In this document: piece after piece, positions 39,503 to 54,086 of the stretch
How positions within the stretch are numbered: the stretch's first letter is position 1
How the letters are laid out: each line of letters starts with the position of its first letter
Assembly (NCBI GenBank): GCA_950097015.1
Contig: CATNEN010000003.1
Coordinates: 4,898,001-4,962,000, forward strand
Length of the DNA stretch: 64,000 nt
Source of the DNA: Macrostomum hystrix
Taxonomy: Eukaryota > Animalia > Platyhelminthes
Direction: 5' to 3'
Notes under the pieces: generated by a model
The model's input: only the letters and a program-made list of their open reading frames with translations
What the model was told of the DNA's origin: nothing
The model's database searches: none
Position numbers and translations under genes: made by a program

Positions 39503-40522
39503 CTTGCAGCTTATATATAACTTAAAAATGTAATCACAACTTCTTACATATTTTTACTTTGGCAAAGTTAAATGCAGTTTTAAGTTATATTCTTATGGTT
39601 GAAACTATAGCAATGAATGTGGGATGAGCCAAGATATAAAAATAAATAAGTAAATTCTCTTTGTGGGTAAAATTGATTGGCAAACTAGATTGCAGAGGTA
39701 TAAAAAATAAACTGGTGAGGACAAAATTCATATGCTAAGCCACTAAGCTAAGCTTAGCCAAATAGGGCCTAAAGAAAGATGAAGAAAAATAACCTGAATT
39801 TTATTTCTTAAGCTAATGATTTTTTGTTGCCTGAAAGGCCAAAAGTTGCCTAAAAATCACAGAACAACAATATTTACAGCACTAACTGTGAATCTAGTAT
39901 ACCTAGATTAGAGCTGTAAGTAATAATATGCCTAGGCCTAACTAATACATTTAAGAGAGCATGATCATAGAATGCAAGGTGTCCAAAAAATAGAATTTTC
40001 AAAAAGACACAATAACACATGTCTGCTTGTATGCCGCCTGTTATGGATTTAAATAAAATTTTATACGAGCGAGAATTTATTTCTATCTAAAAAAGATTAA
40101 ACTCTTTTATGCGGCAATCAAGAGAGTTCTTATCTGTTTAATTCGCTGCGAAACAAACAAAGTAGTCAACATGCGTTACATAGGTCATTCGGCTACAACC
40201 GCCGGCGGGCGGCCATCCTGCGAAAAACAATTTCAAAATTTTGTACTTAAATGTACATAGAATGTTTAAGCGTTTTTTACGAAATATGAATAAAATTAAA
40301 TAACATAGCTTAATCAGGTAATGAATAAAGCATATAAATGCAGTGGCTACAATAGAAATTTCCTTGCAACGTTTGTTTTTTTAGTAGTAAAAGTTTAAGT
40401 TACATTTTTCCGTGAAAAGTTCATGTTATTGCATTCAAGAAAAATACCTATTACGTATCCGACCAGCCTGACAGCGACAATTTTAGTTTCACAAATAAAT
40501 TATAATATTTTTTGCCTCTAAT

Positions 40523-43500
40523 ATGTCACATTGGTTTCATCGCAATCCACTGAAAGCGACTGCAAAAGTTTCTTTTGATTTTAAGCTTGTTGCTTCTAAT
40601 AGTGCCTCTCGACAGCTTACGAGGTTAGTCAATGACTCGTTGCAAATTTTTGGTAATTTGTGACATGGTCAACACTTTTGATGCTCAACACATTTAAACT
40701 AGGCCTAAGGTGAACCGAAATGAGATGAGAACAAAAAATCAAGTCATTTGTTTCGGAGCAATACAATTACTGGTACTTAAAGAATTGCTAGTTAGCTAGC
40801 AAGATTGTTTGCTAGGCAGGCCTAGCTGCCTTTCTCAGAAGTTTTGTGAAGGTTGTGATTTTCAATTATGTTCTATTTTTCAGAGAGCTTAGCAAATCTA
40901 TATTCCAATTTGCTTTAAACCGATTTCTCTAGACATCATTTTGATTGATTTTGCAATGGCATTTTTGGCTTCTTGAACTTTAATTGTATAAAATAGTTCC
41001 AGTTTTAGGTGTATAAGGTGCATTTAGTATGTCCTACGTTCCAAGTCGATGACGAAGTTGTAAGATGACGAAGTGTCTAGGATCCTATTTATGCACCTAC
41101 TAAAACTGGAACTATTTTAGGATCCTAGACACTTTGTCATCTTACAACTTTGTCATCTTAGGCCCCTACAACTATGTCATCCACTTGGAACGTAGGACAC
41201 TTTGTCATCCAGCCAATTGGCATGTTTTAAAGTTTGGTCAGTTCATCATCTACTAATAACAAGCAATCAAATCAAGTTCATCATCAATAAAGTGAGGGTG
41301 GGGTGGTGGGGCAGAGGTGTGAACACACTTGACACTCTAAATTGTCAAAAGAGGTGTCAAAACTGTTTTCATTATAAGTGTTAAAAGATAGGCCTAGGTG
41401 CCAGCACAATGTGAGGAGGGGTGGGGAGGGGTGTTTCTGTTCTAACTTTGAAAACTTTTGTTTTATAGATGACAAGGTGTCCAAAAGTTTAAGTATCTTT
41501 GTCATCCACCCTCTAAGATATTAGACAGATTGTCATCTGGATGACAAAGTTGTAAGATGAAGAAGTGTCCAGGTACCCATAAATATATGTCCATATATGT
41601 TTTCGGGGTGTTAAGTTAAAAAAAAACAAGTTGTTCTATTTACAACCAATTTCTATTGAATGGCTTCCCTATCATAGGATGATCACACTTTGTGGCACAT
41701 AGTAAATTAGGCCCTAGGAATTTTTATATATATTTGGCAGTTGTTAATTGTCTGGTTAACTGGACAAATAGCCATTTGATTATTTGTCCAGTTAACTGAG
41801 TTATAAGGGGTTGTAGCACTACCACAAGAACCTCTATCATTTGAAGATAAAATAATTAACAAGCTGCAAATGGACAGTCATTCAGATTTTAAGTTTGTGT
41901 CTCAAATTATTTTAGACACAAAAACTTATTTGTGTCTAAAATAATTTGGATAAGCCGATTTTGGCTGCCGTGTGGATAAGCAGAAAATTATTGGCACGGC
42001 TCCATGTGGATAAAATTGAAATTAATGGCACAGGACCCTGGGAATAAGCTCTGCCATTTTTTTTCATAAAAACTTTAAGCAAACTTAAACTAATTACTTG
42101 ACATATAACTTTTCAGTTATAGCCTATAAGCAAGCTACAAACTTATAAAAGATAGTCAGTCAACAGTCCATTGTCTTCTAGTACGTCTATTACCCTAGTG
42201 GGTCTAGGGTTTAGTTTTAAGTTGATTGTAAAAACTAAAGTATTATTAGGTTTGACACTGACTGTGACTATGTATATGATAGCCATAGTGTGCCATTTTT
42301 GTAGCACGCTGTGTGATGTTCTATGCATCTCCTAAAAAAAGCTTATGTTAATGTTTTCATATGCAATATATTTGCATATAAAATTAAAATTTGCAAATCT
42401 ATCTAAAAGTGTTGTCTAATTGCTTCATTGTCTTCTTTTAATCTTATTGTCTCTTCTTTAGCCATTCTACCCTTTTACTGTCTTGCACTTAATTGAGTTT
42501 TTTTATTACAGTCTTTCACATATAAATTGCAATCAGCAAACCATTAATACTAGACACTGAAATATATAATTTCTGTGAAAACTATAATGCATTAAACATA
42601 GCTATTTAAAACAAACATTGTAGTGATGCAACCTCAAAGCGTAACAAACTTCTGGACATGCTGGCAGACCCTAACCTTGGTTTGTCCATAGTTGAAGAGG
42701 CAGCTAATCAGTACCTTAGCCTTCTAATTGGCTTTGTTCATGGCCCAGAGACTGGCACTGATAGCAGCAAGATTCGGCATGCGCTTAAGTTTAAGTGGAC
42801 AGATTCGCTGCAGTTAAAAGGAGAACAGCCAGCGTAAGAATCTTAATTGTAGTACTTTTTCTTTTGAATGTTTTGTCATCAAATCTAATAAAAAATGATC
42901 GTTTGTCACCTGTCACAAGCAAAGGCTGTTTTTTGTGTTCAGTCCATGGACTGGGGGGACGCCACACCCATCCTCAATTGGCCCAGCTAATGTTAGTACC
43001 CAATTAACTCGCTTGTGATTGTTAACTGAAGCAATACAGACTTAGATGTCTTGCTAAAGGACTTAAATTTTTCCAGTGGAGTCCGGAATCGAACCCCGAC
43101 CTTCAATTTGTGAGTGTGACGCTCTAACCACTAGACTACAACCTCCTCTTCCATCAAACCGTCAAATCTAGATATGGAAAAATATCCCAGATGCTACATA
43201 TGGGTTAGAAATTTAGGTTTGTGTCACGTCCCACCCTGTCCATGGACCGAACAGTTGTACACACACAGGCACAGCCTTGTTACGCTAACAAAATGAACTC
43301 ACATTGGAAAAAAAACGGTTTTAAACGCAGGTGCCAAGCTGATGCCCAATTCGAGCTAATCTGCATGCTAACTAATCTGGCCCTGTGGTACACCAAGCAT
43401 GCTGCTAAATTATCGGCTAGCGAGAAGGTCAGCTTAGATGACGCCAAGGAGGTGCACAAATGCCTGCGCATCGCTGCCGGTATCTTCAAAGAGGTTAAAG

Positions 43501-46464
43501 AGAATCAAATGCAGAAACTAATTCAAAATGATAACATTGGCACAGACTTTGATGATAGAGTTCTTGACGCCTATGTCAATCAGTGCTCAGCTGAGGCTCA
43601 GGAGGTCACCATGGCCAGGGCTATCGAGTTGGAGCACTCGCATACTATCGTGTCTTCTCTGGCCTCTGATACGGCTAGGATGTTCAGAACTGCCGGTCTG
43701 TGATGCCTCTTGATTGGATAGGGCAGTAGATCTAGTGATTGGGAGAGTAGATTTAGTGATTTGGAGAGTAGATCTAGTGATTTGGAGAGTAGATCTAGTG
43801 ATTTGAAGAGTAGATCTAGTGATTAGGAGAGTAGATCTAGTGAATAGGAGAGTAGATCTAGTGATTTGGAGAGTAGATCTAGTGATTTGAAGAGTAGATC
43901 TAGTGATTAGGAGAGTAGATCTAGTGAATAGGAGAGTAGATCTAGTAATTTGGAGAGTAGATCTAGTGAATAGGAGAGTAGATCTAGTGATTTGGAGAGT
44001 CGATCTAGTGATTTAGAGAGTAGATCTAGTGATTTGAAGAGTAGATCTAGTGATTTGAAGAGTAGATCTAGTGATTTGAAGAGTAGATCTAGTGATTTGA
44101 AGAGTAGATCTAGTGATTAGAAGAGTAGATCTAGTGATTTGAAGAGTAGATCTAGTGATTTGGAGAGTAGATCTAGTAATAGGAGAGTAGATCTAGTAAT
44201 TTGGAGAGTAGATCTAGTGAATAGGAGAGTAGATCTAGTGATTTGGAGAGTAGATCTAGTGATTTGAAGAGTAGATCTAGTAATTTGGAGAGTAGATCTA
44301 GTGATTTGGAGAGTAGATCTAGTGATTTGGAGAGTAGATCTAGTGATTTGGAGAGTAGATCTAGTAATTTGGAGAGTAGATCCAGTGATTAAGAGAGTAG
44401 ATCCAGTGATTAAGAGAGTAGATCCAGTGATTAAGAGAGTAGATCCAGTGATTAAGAGAGTAGATCCAGTGATTAAGAGAGTAGATCCAGTGATTAAGAG
44501 AGTAGATCCAGTGATTAAGAGAGTTGATCCAGTGATTAAGAGAGTAGATCCAGTGATTAAGAGAGTTGATCTAGTGATTTGGATTATAGAGCTATTGATT
44601 TAGAGAATAGATTTAGTGATTTTAAGAATAGATCTTGGGACTTGGGGTAAAGATCTTGTGATTTTAAGACTAGTGTTTCACAGAAGGGATCTAGTGATTT
44701 AAAGAATTGATAAATCTTTAAAAAAAATTATTAGTCACTTCAATTAGTGTAGAAAGGTTTTTTATTGAATTACTAAAAGAAGAATTTTTTCTCAATTCGA
44801 ACTCAACAGAACTAGCTCTCTCCACAATGGACGATAAAAAGGTGCTCAAATGGCGTAAATATCTCACCTTCAAGCACTGCTGCTACCAGGCCTACGCCTA
44901 TAGTTATCACGGCGAGGGCCTACTAAAAGTTGACAAATGCGGCGAGGCTATCGCTTGCCTACGCGAGGCTGTCAAGTGTAAGTGTTTCTGTGGCAACAAT
45001 ATAGTTAATGCTGTTTATTATATAATTTGATTTAATGTATGTACGCTGGCGAAATCTTTTGGCTTAATCTATCATTTAGATTGCAATTTTGTTTTATTTC
45101 TACTTACAGTAGCCTTAGCGAATATTTCACTATTTTTTATCTTGCGCAGACTATCAGAAGGCTGAGACTGCTGCCGCCGAGTACAATAAAACAACGGGAC
45201 CAGGCATGACTGTACGACCCGAGCAGCATCTGTTCTTTCGCAAACTTGGCCCACATGTGCGAATGACGCTCGAGAAGTGCGAACGCGAGAATGGATTCAT
45301 GTGAGTTCGATCTGTTTTCGTTGAGTTTCTTGTGCTTATTCAAAGCACTAACATTACTGTTTTCTATACATATCGATGGGAATCTGATCCTAATCGAATG
45401 TCTATCATCATCTTAATTACTTCTCTAATTTCGTTTCAGTATTTTATTTAATCTCATAAAATTATCAGCTATATTATCTTATCATAATCTCATAACTTTT
45501 TCCGGTAAATCCCAGCCGATTCTTTTACCTATTAAAAATCTAATCTCCTCCTAATCTCATGTCTAATCTCACCATAATCTCATTATAATCTCACCCTAAT
45601 CTCATGTCTAATCTCACCATAATCTCATTATAATCTCACCCTAATCTCATGTCTAATCTCACCATAATCTCACGTCAAATCTCACCATAATCTCACCCTA
45701 ATCTCATGTCTAATCTTACCATAATCTCACGTCAAATCTCACCATAATCTCACCCTAATCTCATGTCTAATCTCACCATTCTTACGTCTAATCTCACCCT
45801 TATGCCATGACTAATCTCACCATAATCTTATGTCTAATCTCGTGTCTAATCTCACCATAATGTCATGTCTAATCTCACCATAATCTCATGTCTAATCTCG
45901 TGTCTAATCGCACCCTAATGTCATGTCTAATCTCACCATAATCTCATGTCTAATCGGATGTCTAATGTCGCCCAAAAATCTAATCCGTTCTGACCCGAAT
46001 GTAGAATGAATACCTCATTTTACCCTAATCTCAATTTTATTCTTACCATTATTTCATTTTCAATCTTACCAGAATCTCGTTCTGTACTTGCATAATCGTA
46101 TCTATATTTTCCCGCATCTAATCTCACTCTAATCCGAACTTTTTAATGTCTAATCTCACCCCCATCAATCTGACACCGCAGTTACCACCAGAATGTGCCC
46201 TCGGAGATACCCGAGCTAGAGCTGAAGCCAACCTTCGGTCTGGCCGCTCCGGAGAATTATAAGCTGCCGGAGATGCACAAGCTGTGGACGCCGGACGCCT
46301 ACAAAGGCTTCGATCTGACCAAAATGGGCGTCCAGACGCAGAGTGAGGAGAGCAAGAAGGCCGAGGAGAAGGAGGAGAAGACGCCGGTGCAACCGGTCAA
46401 GGAGCAGCCAATCTATCATAGCGAGAAGGATCCCAACAATTCCAGCGGATGCGTCATCTCCTAG
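40523..46464 (+). CDS. BROX: BRO1 domain and CAAX motif-containing protein
   Basis: Exons 40523-40623, 42624-42833, 43331-43695, 44810-44977, 45150-45300 and 46182-46464, all phase-consistent. N-term MSHWFHRNPLKATA, internal FKWTDSL and EKCERENGFIYHQ, C-terminal CAAX CVIS. Confidence 0.96.
41119..41578. mobile_element. MITE-like element with ~38-bp TIR and repeated TTTGTCATC motifs in BROX intron 1
   Basis: GGATCCTAGACACTTTGTCATCTTACAACTTTGTCATC versus GATGACAAAGTTGTAAGATGAAGAAGTGTCCAGGTACC. Confidence 0.7.
42925..43147 (-). mobile_element. SINE family A, diverged and 3'-truncated, in BROX intron 2
   Basis: Reverse complement of head, CORE and the CAGTCCATGGACTG palindrome. Confidence 0.85.
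43725..44630. repeat. 21-bp minisatellite (GAGTAGATCTAGTGATTTGGA) in BROX intron 3
   Basis: Tandem units. Confidence 0.95.
45540..45965. repeat. 11-12-bp TAATCTCA-based minisatellite in BROX intron 5
   Basis: TAATCTCACCA/TAATCTCATGTC units. Confidence 0.88.
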
Positions 46465-47424
46465 ACTGGGGTCGGTTAGTTCTACTTTGAGATAAACTCC
46501 ATTGAGATTATGAACTATATACTATCTGAGTAGATCAGCTTGATGGTTATCAATAATTAACGAACGCGCTTAGGAAAAAATCTGTGAACCGATTAAAAAG
46601 CGAACAGTTAATGTGATATCTATCTTTTTCCTAAAAATAAATGGACAGCACGTTGAAATACATCGCTAAAACGTAACTTTTTTGTTATAATATGTCAATT
46701 TGTGTATTACCGCTTTTAATGTTTGTTTTGTAGAAATGTTTTTTATTTGTTTTTTTGCTGCAGATGAACCTCCTGCTGTTTTGATTTGGTCTGAAATAAA
46801 ATTATTTATTTGTGGTTATGACAGAAATTAGACTATTTTCACAAAAAAAGTTTTCTTTGCAACTACACTACTCTTCAAATTCGCACAGTAGTGTTATTAG
46901 TATATATGTTTTTACTACTGCGTTGTACATTAAGTGTCTTAAAATGAGAAGAAAACATTAACACTATTAGAAATTGCTTTTTAATCTGTATAATTCATTC
47001 ACTTTATAAATATTTATGAGTAATTTGAATAATTTAAAATATGCTCCTTGAGTCTAAAATTTAAATAGGCCTCACTATGTATATGCAATCGCAGAAATAG
47101 CAATTACTAATCATTGCAGTTTTTATGTCATTTGCTCTCTCTCTGTCTCGATAACTTTATTCAAGAATAAGCCTTTTAATTTCTTCTTTCCTATTGGTAA
47201 AAAGTAAGTGCTTCTTTTAATAACTTGTAATTTTTCTGAACACTTATTTAACTGCTTAATAACTTGCGCTACTAAAAATATAACTTTTAAACTAAACTAT
47301 TTTTCATCAATAAAATACGACCCAGTAAGACCAATACCATACATTTGATACCTTTATCCAGATTTTTTTTATTTTTTTTCACACTTTTACTTTCATTCAC
47401 TTACTTTCTCACTGTCTCACTCTT

Positions 47425-48680
47425 TTATTCATTCACTCACTCATTTACTCACAAACTGACTATCTCACTTATTCATTCACTCATTCACTTATTCATTCAC
47501 TTACTCACTCACTCTCTCACTCACTCACTCACTCACTCACTCACTCACTCACTTACTCACTCACTCACTCACTCACTTACTCACTCACTCACTCTCTCAC
47601 TCACTCACTCACTTACTCACTCACTCACTTACTCACTCACTCACTCACTCACTCACTTACTCACTCACTCACTCACTCACTCACTTACTCACTCACTCAC
47701 TCACTCACTTACTCACTCACTCACTCACTCACTCACTTACTCACTCACTCACTCACTCACTCACTTACTCACTCACTGACTCACTCACTCACTTACTCAC
47801 TCACTCACTCACTCACTCACTTACTCACTCACTCACTCACTCACTCACTTACTCACTCACTCACTCACTCACTCACTTACTCACTCACTCACTCACTCAC
47901 TCACTTACTCACTCACTCACTCTCTCACTCACTCACTCACTTACTCACTCACTCACTTACTCACTCACTCACTCACTCACTCACTTACTCACTCACTCAC
48001 TCACTCACTCACTTACTCACTCACTCACTCACTCACTTACTCACTCACTCACTCACTCACTTACTCACTCACTCACTCACTTACTCACTTACTCACTCAC
48101 TGACTCACTCACTCACTCACTCACTCACTCACTCACTCACTCACTTACTCACTCACTCACTCACTCACTTACTCACTCACTCACTTACTCACTCACTCAC
48201 TCACTCACTCACTCACTTACTCACTCACTGACTCACTCACTCACTCACTCACTCACTCACTCACTCACTCACTTACTCACTCACTCACTCACTCACTTAC
48301 TCACTCACTCACTTACTCACTCACTCACTCACTCACTCACTTACTCACTCACTCACTCACTCACTCACTTACTCACTCACTCACTCACTCACTTACTCAC
48401 TCACTCACTCACTCACTTACTCACTCACTCACTCACTTACTCACTCACTCACTCACTCACTCACTTACTCACTCACTCACTCACTCACTCACTTACTCAC
48501 TCACTCACTCACTCACTTACTTACTTACTCAATTATTCACTCACTCAATCATCCACTCACTCAATCATCCACTCACTCACTCACTCACTCATTCACTCAC
48601 TCATTCACTCACTCACTCATTCACTCACTCACTCAATCATCCACTCACTTACTCATTCACTCACTCACTCATTCACTTAT
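47425..48680. repeat. (CACT)n microsatellite with TACT interruptions
   Basis: About 1.2 kb tetranucleotide tract. Confidence 0.97.
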
Positions 48681-49030
48681 TTGGTAAATCAATCATTCAA
48701 TTCTGAAAGTTACGCTTTATTAAATCTAATCACTACCTAATATTTAGCATCAATGTAATTACCGCTTCGTTGTTGTCTCTATAATGTTAGTTTTTCATTA
48801 TTCATCCCAGTAGGATAAAAAAAATCCCATGGATAAAGTACTTCCGTATGCAGGGCATGTCGAGACAACAAAGTTAACATACAAATGGAGCGACATATAG
48901 GAACAGATGAGCAAATTTAATTATGATGATGAAGAGCAAAGGCTTTGACACTCGAATTGTAGAGAATGCTAGATGCTATGGCCTGTATCCTAGGGTCATA
49001 ATAAAACAATTGCAAAGTAGTGCTATGGGG

Positions 49031-50092
49031 GAATCCTTCAGATTCACAGAATCCTTCAGATTCACAGAGTCCTTCAGATTCTCCGAATCCTTCAGATTCA
49101 CAGAGTCCTTCAGATTCACAGAGTCCTTCAGATTCACAGAATCCTTCAGATTCACAGAGTCCTTCAGATTCACAGAATCCTTCAGATTCACAGAGTCCTT
49201 CAGATTCACAGAATCCTTCAGATTCACAGAATCCTTCAGATTCACAGAATCCTTCAGATTCACGGAATCCTTCAGATTCACAGAATCCTTCAGATTCACA
49301 GAATCCTTCAGATTCACAGAGTCCTTCAGATTCACAGAATCCTTCAGATTCACAGAGTCCTTCAGATTCACAGAATCCTTCAGATTCACAGAAACATTAA
49401 GATTCACAGAGTCCTTTAGATTCACAGAATCCTTCACATTCACAGAATCCTTCAGATTCACAGAGTCCTTCAGATTCTCCGAATCCTTCAGATTCACAGA
49501 ATCCTTCAGATTCACAGAATCCTTCAGATTCACAGAAACATTAAGATTCACAGAGTCCTTCAGATTCACAGAATCCTTCACATTCACAGAATCCTTCAGA
49601 ATCACAGAGTCCTTCACATTCACAGAATCCTTCAGATTCACAGAAACATTAAGATTCACAGAATCCTTCAGATTCACAGAGTCCTTCAGATTCACAGAAT
49701 CCTTCAGATTCACAGAGTCCTTCAGATTCACAGAATCCTTCAGATTCACAGAGTCCTTCAGATTCACAGAGTCCTTCAGATTCACAGAATCCTTCAGATT
49801 CACAGAATCCTTCAGATTCACAGAAACATTAAGATTCACAGAATCCTTCAGATTCACAGAATCCTTCAGATTCACAGAATCCTTCAGATTCACAGAATCC
49901 TTCAGATTCACAGAATCCTTCAGATTCACAGAAACATTAAGATTCACAGAATCCTTCAGATTCACAGAAACATTAAGATTCACAGAATCCTTCAGATTCA
50001 CAGAATCCTTCAGATTCACAGAAACATTAAGATTCACAGAGTCCTTCAGATTCACAGAATCCTTCAGATTCACAGAATCCTTCAGATTCACG
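49031..50092. repeat. 18-bp minisatellite (GAATCCTTCAGATTCACA)
   Basis: About 59 units. Confidence 0.96.
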
Positions 50093-50511
50093 AAGTTCTG
50101 TCTCGTTACACTTTCATATTATTCTAGTTAATAAGCCTTAGACAGAAAATTGGAAAAATTTCCCTATCAATCCAACGGGCCAAAAATCCTGGGATCAGTC
50201 TTATCCAACGATATTAGCTCAATAGGTGTAATGAATTTTGTCTTATTATTGCTTGGTTTGTATGTACCAGATATTTTTCTGTTTCACAGCTTTGGTTTGA
50301 TTAGGGGATTAGACCCCTGTCCATCAAATCTCTGTCTGGCGTGCTGAAGGTGCTCAAAATAATTCTGAATTATAATCCAATGCTTAGTTTCTGCATATTC
50401 GAGTTTACTAAATAGTATAACCGAAGCGGAAATAAATATTTCCTTTTAGTTTCTGTTGATTTAATATTATATAAGTACCTGGAATTATTTTGAGTACGAG
50501 CTTAAGTCATC

Positions 50512-53500
50512 GATTCAGTTTGAGTAGACTCGTGGATTCAGTTTGAGTAGACTCGTGGATTCAGTTTGAGTAGACTCGTGGATTCAGTTTGAGTAGACTC
50601 GTGGATTCAGTTTGAGTAGACTCGTGGATTCAGTTTGAGTAGACTTGTGGATTCAGTTTGAGTAGACTCGTGGATTCAGTTTGAGTAGACTCGTGGATTC
50701 AGTTTGAGTAGACTCGTGGATTCAGTTTGAGTAGACTCGTGGATTCAGTTTGAGTAGACTCGTGGATTCAGTTTGAGTAGACTCGTGGATTCAGTTTGAG
50801 TAGACTCGTGGATTCAGTTTGAGTAGACTCGTGGATTCAGTTTGAGTAGACTCGTGGATTCAGTTTGAGTAGACTCGTAGATTCAGTTTGAGTAGACTCG
50901 TGGATTTAGTTTGAGTAGACTCGTGGATTCAGTTTGAGTAGACTTATGGATTCAGTTTGAGTAGACTCGTGGATTCAGTTTGAGTAGACTCGTGGATTTA
51001 GTTTGAGTAGACTCGTGGATTCAGTTTGAGTAGACTCGTGGATTTAGTTTGAGTAGACTCGTGGATTCAGTTTGAGTAGACTTATGGATTCAGTTTGAGT
51101 AGACTCGTGGATTCAGTTTGAGTAGACTTATGGATTCAGTTTGAGTAGACTCGTGGATTTAGTTTGAGTAGACTTATGGATTCAGTTTGAGTAGACTCGT
51201 GGATTTAGTTTGAGTAGACTTATGGATTCAGTTTGAGTAGACTCGTGGATTCAGTTTGAGTAGTCTCCTGGATTCAGTTTGAGTAGACTCGTGGATTCAG
51301 TTTGAGTAGACTCGTGGATTCAGTTTGAGTAGACTCGTGGATTCAGTTTGAGTAGACTCGTGGATTCAGTTTGAGTAGACTCGTGGATTTAGTTTGAGTA
51401 GACTTATGGATTCAGTTTGAGTAGACTCGTGGATTCAGTTTGAGTAGACTTATGAATTCAGTTTGAGTAGACTCGTGGATTTAGTTTGAGTAGACTTATG
51501 GATTCAGTTTGAGTAGACTCGTGGATTCAGTTTGAGTAGACTCGTGGATTCAGTTTGAGTAGACTCGTGGATTCAGTTTGAGTAGACTTATGGATTTAGT
51601 TTGAGTAGACTCGTGGATTCAGTTTGAGTAGACTTATGGATTCAGTTTGAGTAGACTCGTGGATTCAGTTTGAGTAGACTTATGGATTCAGTTTGAGTAG
51701 ACTCGTGGATTCAGTTTGAGTAGACTCGTGGATTCAGTTTGAGTAGACTCGTGGATTTAGTTTGAGTAGACTCGTGGATTCAGTTTGAGTAGAATCGTGG
51801 ATTCAGTTTGAGTAGACTCGTGGATTTAGTTTGAATGGACTCGTGGATTTAGTTTGAGTAGACTTATGGATTCAGTTTGAGTAGACTCGTGGATTCAGTT
51901 TGAGTAGACTTATGGATTCAGTTTGAGTAGACTCGTGGATTCAGTTTGAGTAGACTTATGGATTCAGTTTGAGTAGACTCGTGGATTCAGTTTGAGTAGA
52001 CTTATGGATTCAGTTTGAGTAGACTCGTGGATTCAGTTTGAGTAGACTTATGGATTCAGTTTGAGTAGACTCGTGGATTCAGTTTGAGTAGACTCGTGGA
52101 TTCAGTTTGAGTAGACTCGTGGATTCAGTTTGAGTAGACTCGTGGATTCAGTTTGAGTAGACTCGTGGATTCAGTTTGAGTAGACTCGTGGATTCAGTTT
52201 GAGTAGACTCGTGGATTCAGTTTGAGTAGACTCGTGGATTCAGTTTGAGTAGACTCGTGGATTCAGTTTGAGTAGACTCGTGGATTCAGTTTGAGTAGAC
52301 TCGTGGATTTAGTTTGAGTAGACTTATGGATTCAGTTTGAGTAGACTCGTGGATTCAGTTTGAGTAGACTTATGAATTCAGTTTGAGTAGACTCGTGGAT
52401 TTAGTTTGAGTAGACTTATGGATTCAGTTTGAGTAGACTCGTGGATTTAGTTTGAGTAGACTTATGGATTCAGTTTGAGTAGACTCGTGGATTCAGTTTG
52501 AGTAGACTCGTGGATTCAGTTTGAGTAGACTCGTGGATTCAGTTTGAGTAGACTTATGGATTTAGTTTGAGTAGACTCGTGGATTCAGTTTGAGTAGACT
52601 TATGGATTCAGTTTGAGTAGACTCGTGGATTCAGTTTGAGTAGACTCGTGGATTTAGTTTGAGTAGACTCGTGGATTCAGTTTGAGTAGACTCGTGGATT
52701 TAGTTTGAGTAGACTTATGGATTCAGTTTGAGTAGACTCGTGGATTCAGTTTGAGTAGACTTATGGATTCAGTTTGAGTAGACTCGTGGATTCAGTTTGA
52801 GTAGACTTATGGATTCAGTTTGAGTAGACTCGTGGATTCAGTTTGAGTAGACTCGTGGATTCAGTTTGAGTAGACTCGTGGATTTAGTTTGAGTAGACTC
52901 GTGGATTCAGTTTGAGTAGACTCGTGGATTCAGTTTGAGTAGACTCGTGGATTTAGTTTGAGTAGACTCGTGGATTTAGTTTGAGTAGACTTATGGATTC
53001 AGTTTGAGTAGACTCGTGGATTTAGTTTGAGTAGACTTATGGATTCAGTTTGAGTAGACTCGTGGATTCAGTTTGAGTAGACTCGTGGATTCAGTTTGAG
53101 TAGACTCGTGGATTCAGTTTGAGTAGACTCGTGGATTCAGTTTGAGTAGACTTATGGATTCAGTTTGAGTAGACTCGTGGATTCAGTTTGAGTAGACTCG
53201 TGGATTCAGTTTGAGTAGACTCGTGGATTTAGTTTGAGTAGACTTATGGATTCAGTTTGAGTAGACTCGTGGATTCAGTTTGAGTAGACTTATGGATTCA
53301 GTTTGAGTAGACTCGTGGATTCAGTTTGAGTAGACTTATGGATTCAGTTTGAGTAGACTCGTGGATTCAGTTTGAGTAGACTTATGGATTCAGTTTGAGT
53401 AGACTCGTGGATTCAGTTTGAGTAGACTCGTGGATTCAGTTTGAGTAGACTCGTGGATTCAGTTTGAGTAGACTCGTGGATTCAGTTTGAGTAGACTCGT

Positions 53501-54086
53501 GGATTCAGTTTGAGTAGACTCGTGGATTTAGTTTGAGTAGACTCGTGGATTCAGTTTGAGTAGACTCGTGGATTCAGTTTGAGTAGACTTATGGATTCAG
53601 TTTGAGTAGACTCGTGGATTTAGTTTGAGTAGACTTATGGATTCAGTTTGAGTAGACTCGTGGATTCAGTTTGAGTAGACTCGTGGATTCAGTTTGAGTA
53701 GACTCGTGGATTCAGTTTGAGTAGACTCGTGGATTCAGTTTGAGTAGACTCGTGGATTCAGTTTGAGTAGACTCGTGGATTCAGTTTGAGTAGACTCGTG
53801 GATTTCGTTTGAATAGACTCGTGGATTTAGTTTGAGTAGACTCGTGGATTCAGTTTGAGTAGACTCGTGGATTCAGTTTGAGTAGACTCGTGGATTTAGT
53901 TTGAGTAGACTCGTGGATTTAGTTTGAGTAGACTTATGGATTCAGTTTGAGTAGACTCGTGGATTCAGTTTGAGTAGACTCGTGGATTCAGTTTGAGTAG
54001 ACTCGTGGATTCAGTTTGAGTAGACTCGTGGATTCAGTTTGAGTAGACTCGTGGATTTAGTTTGAGTATCGTGGATTCAGTTTGAG
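50512..54086. repeat. 23-bp satellite (GGATTCAGTTTGAGTAGACTCGT), ~155 copies
   Basis: Homogeneous 3.6-kb array with CG/TA and C/T variants. Confidence 0.97.

Noticed and set aside
48923-50131. 402-aa TESFRF ORF, checked as a possible RFamide precursor
   Set aside because: No signal peptide, no Gly-Lys/Arg amidation sites, non-synonymous variants, and open on both strands.
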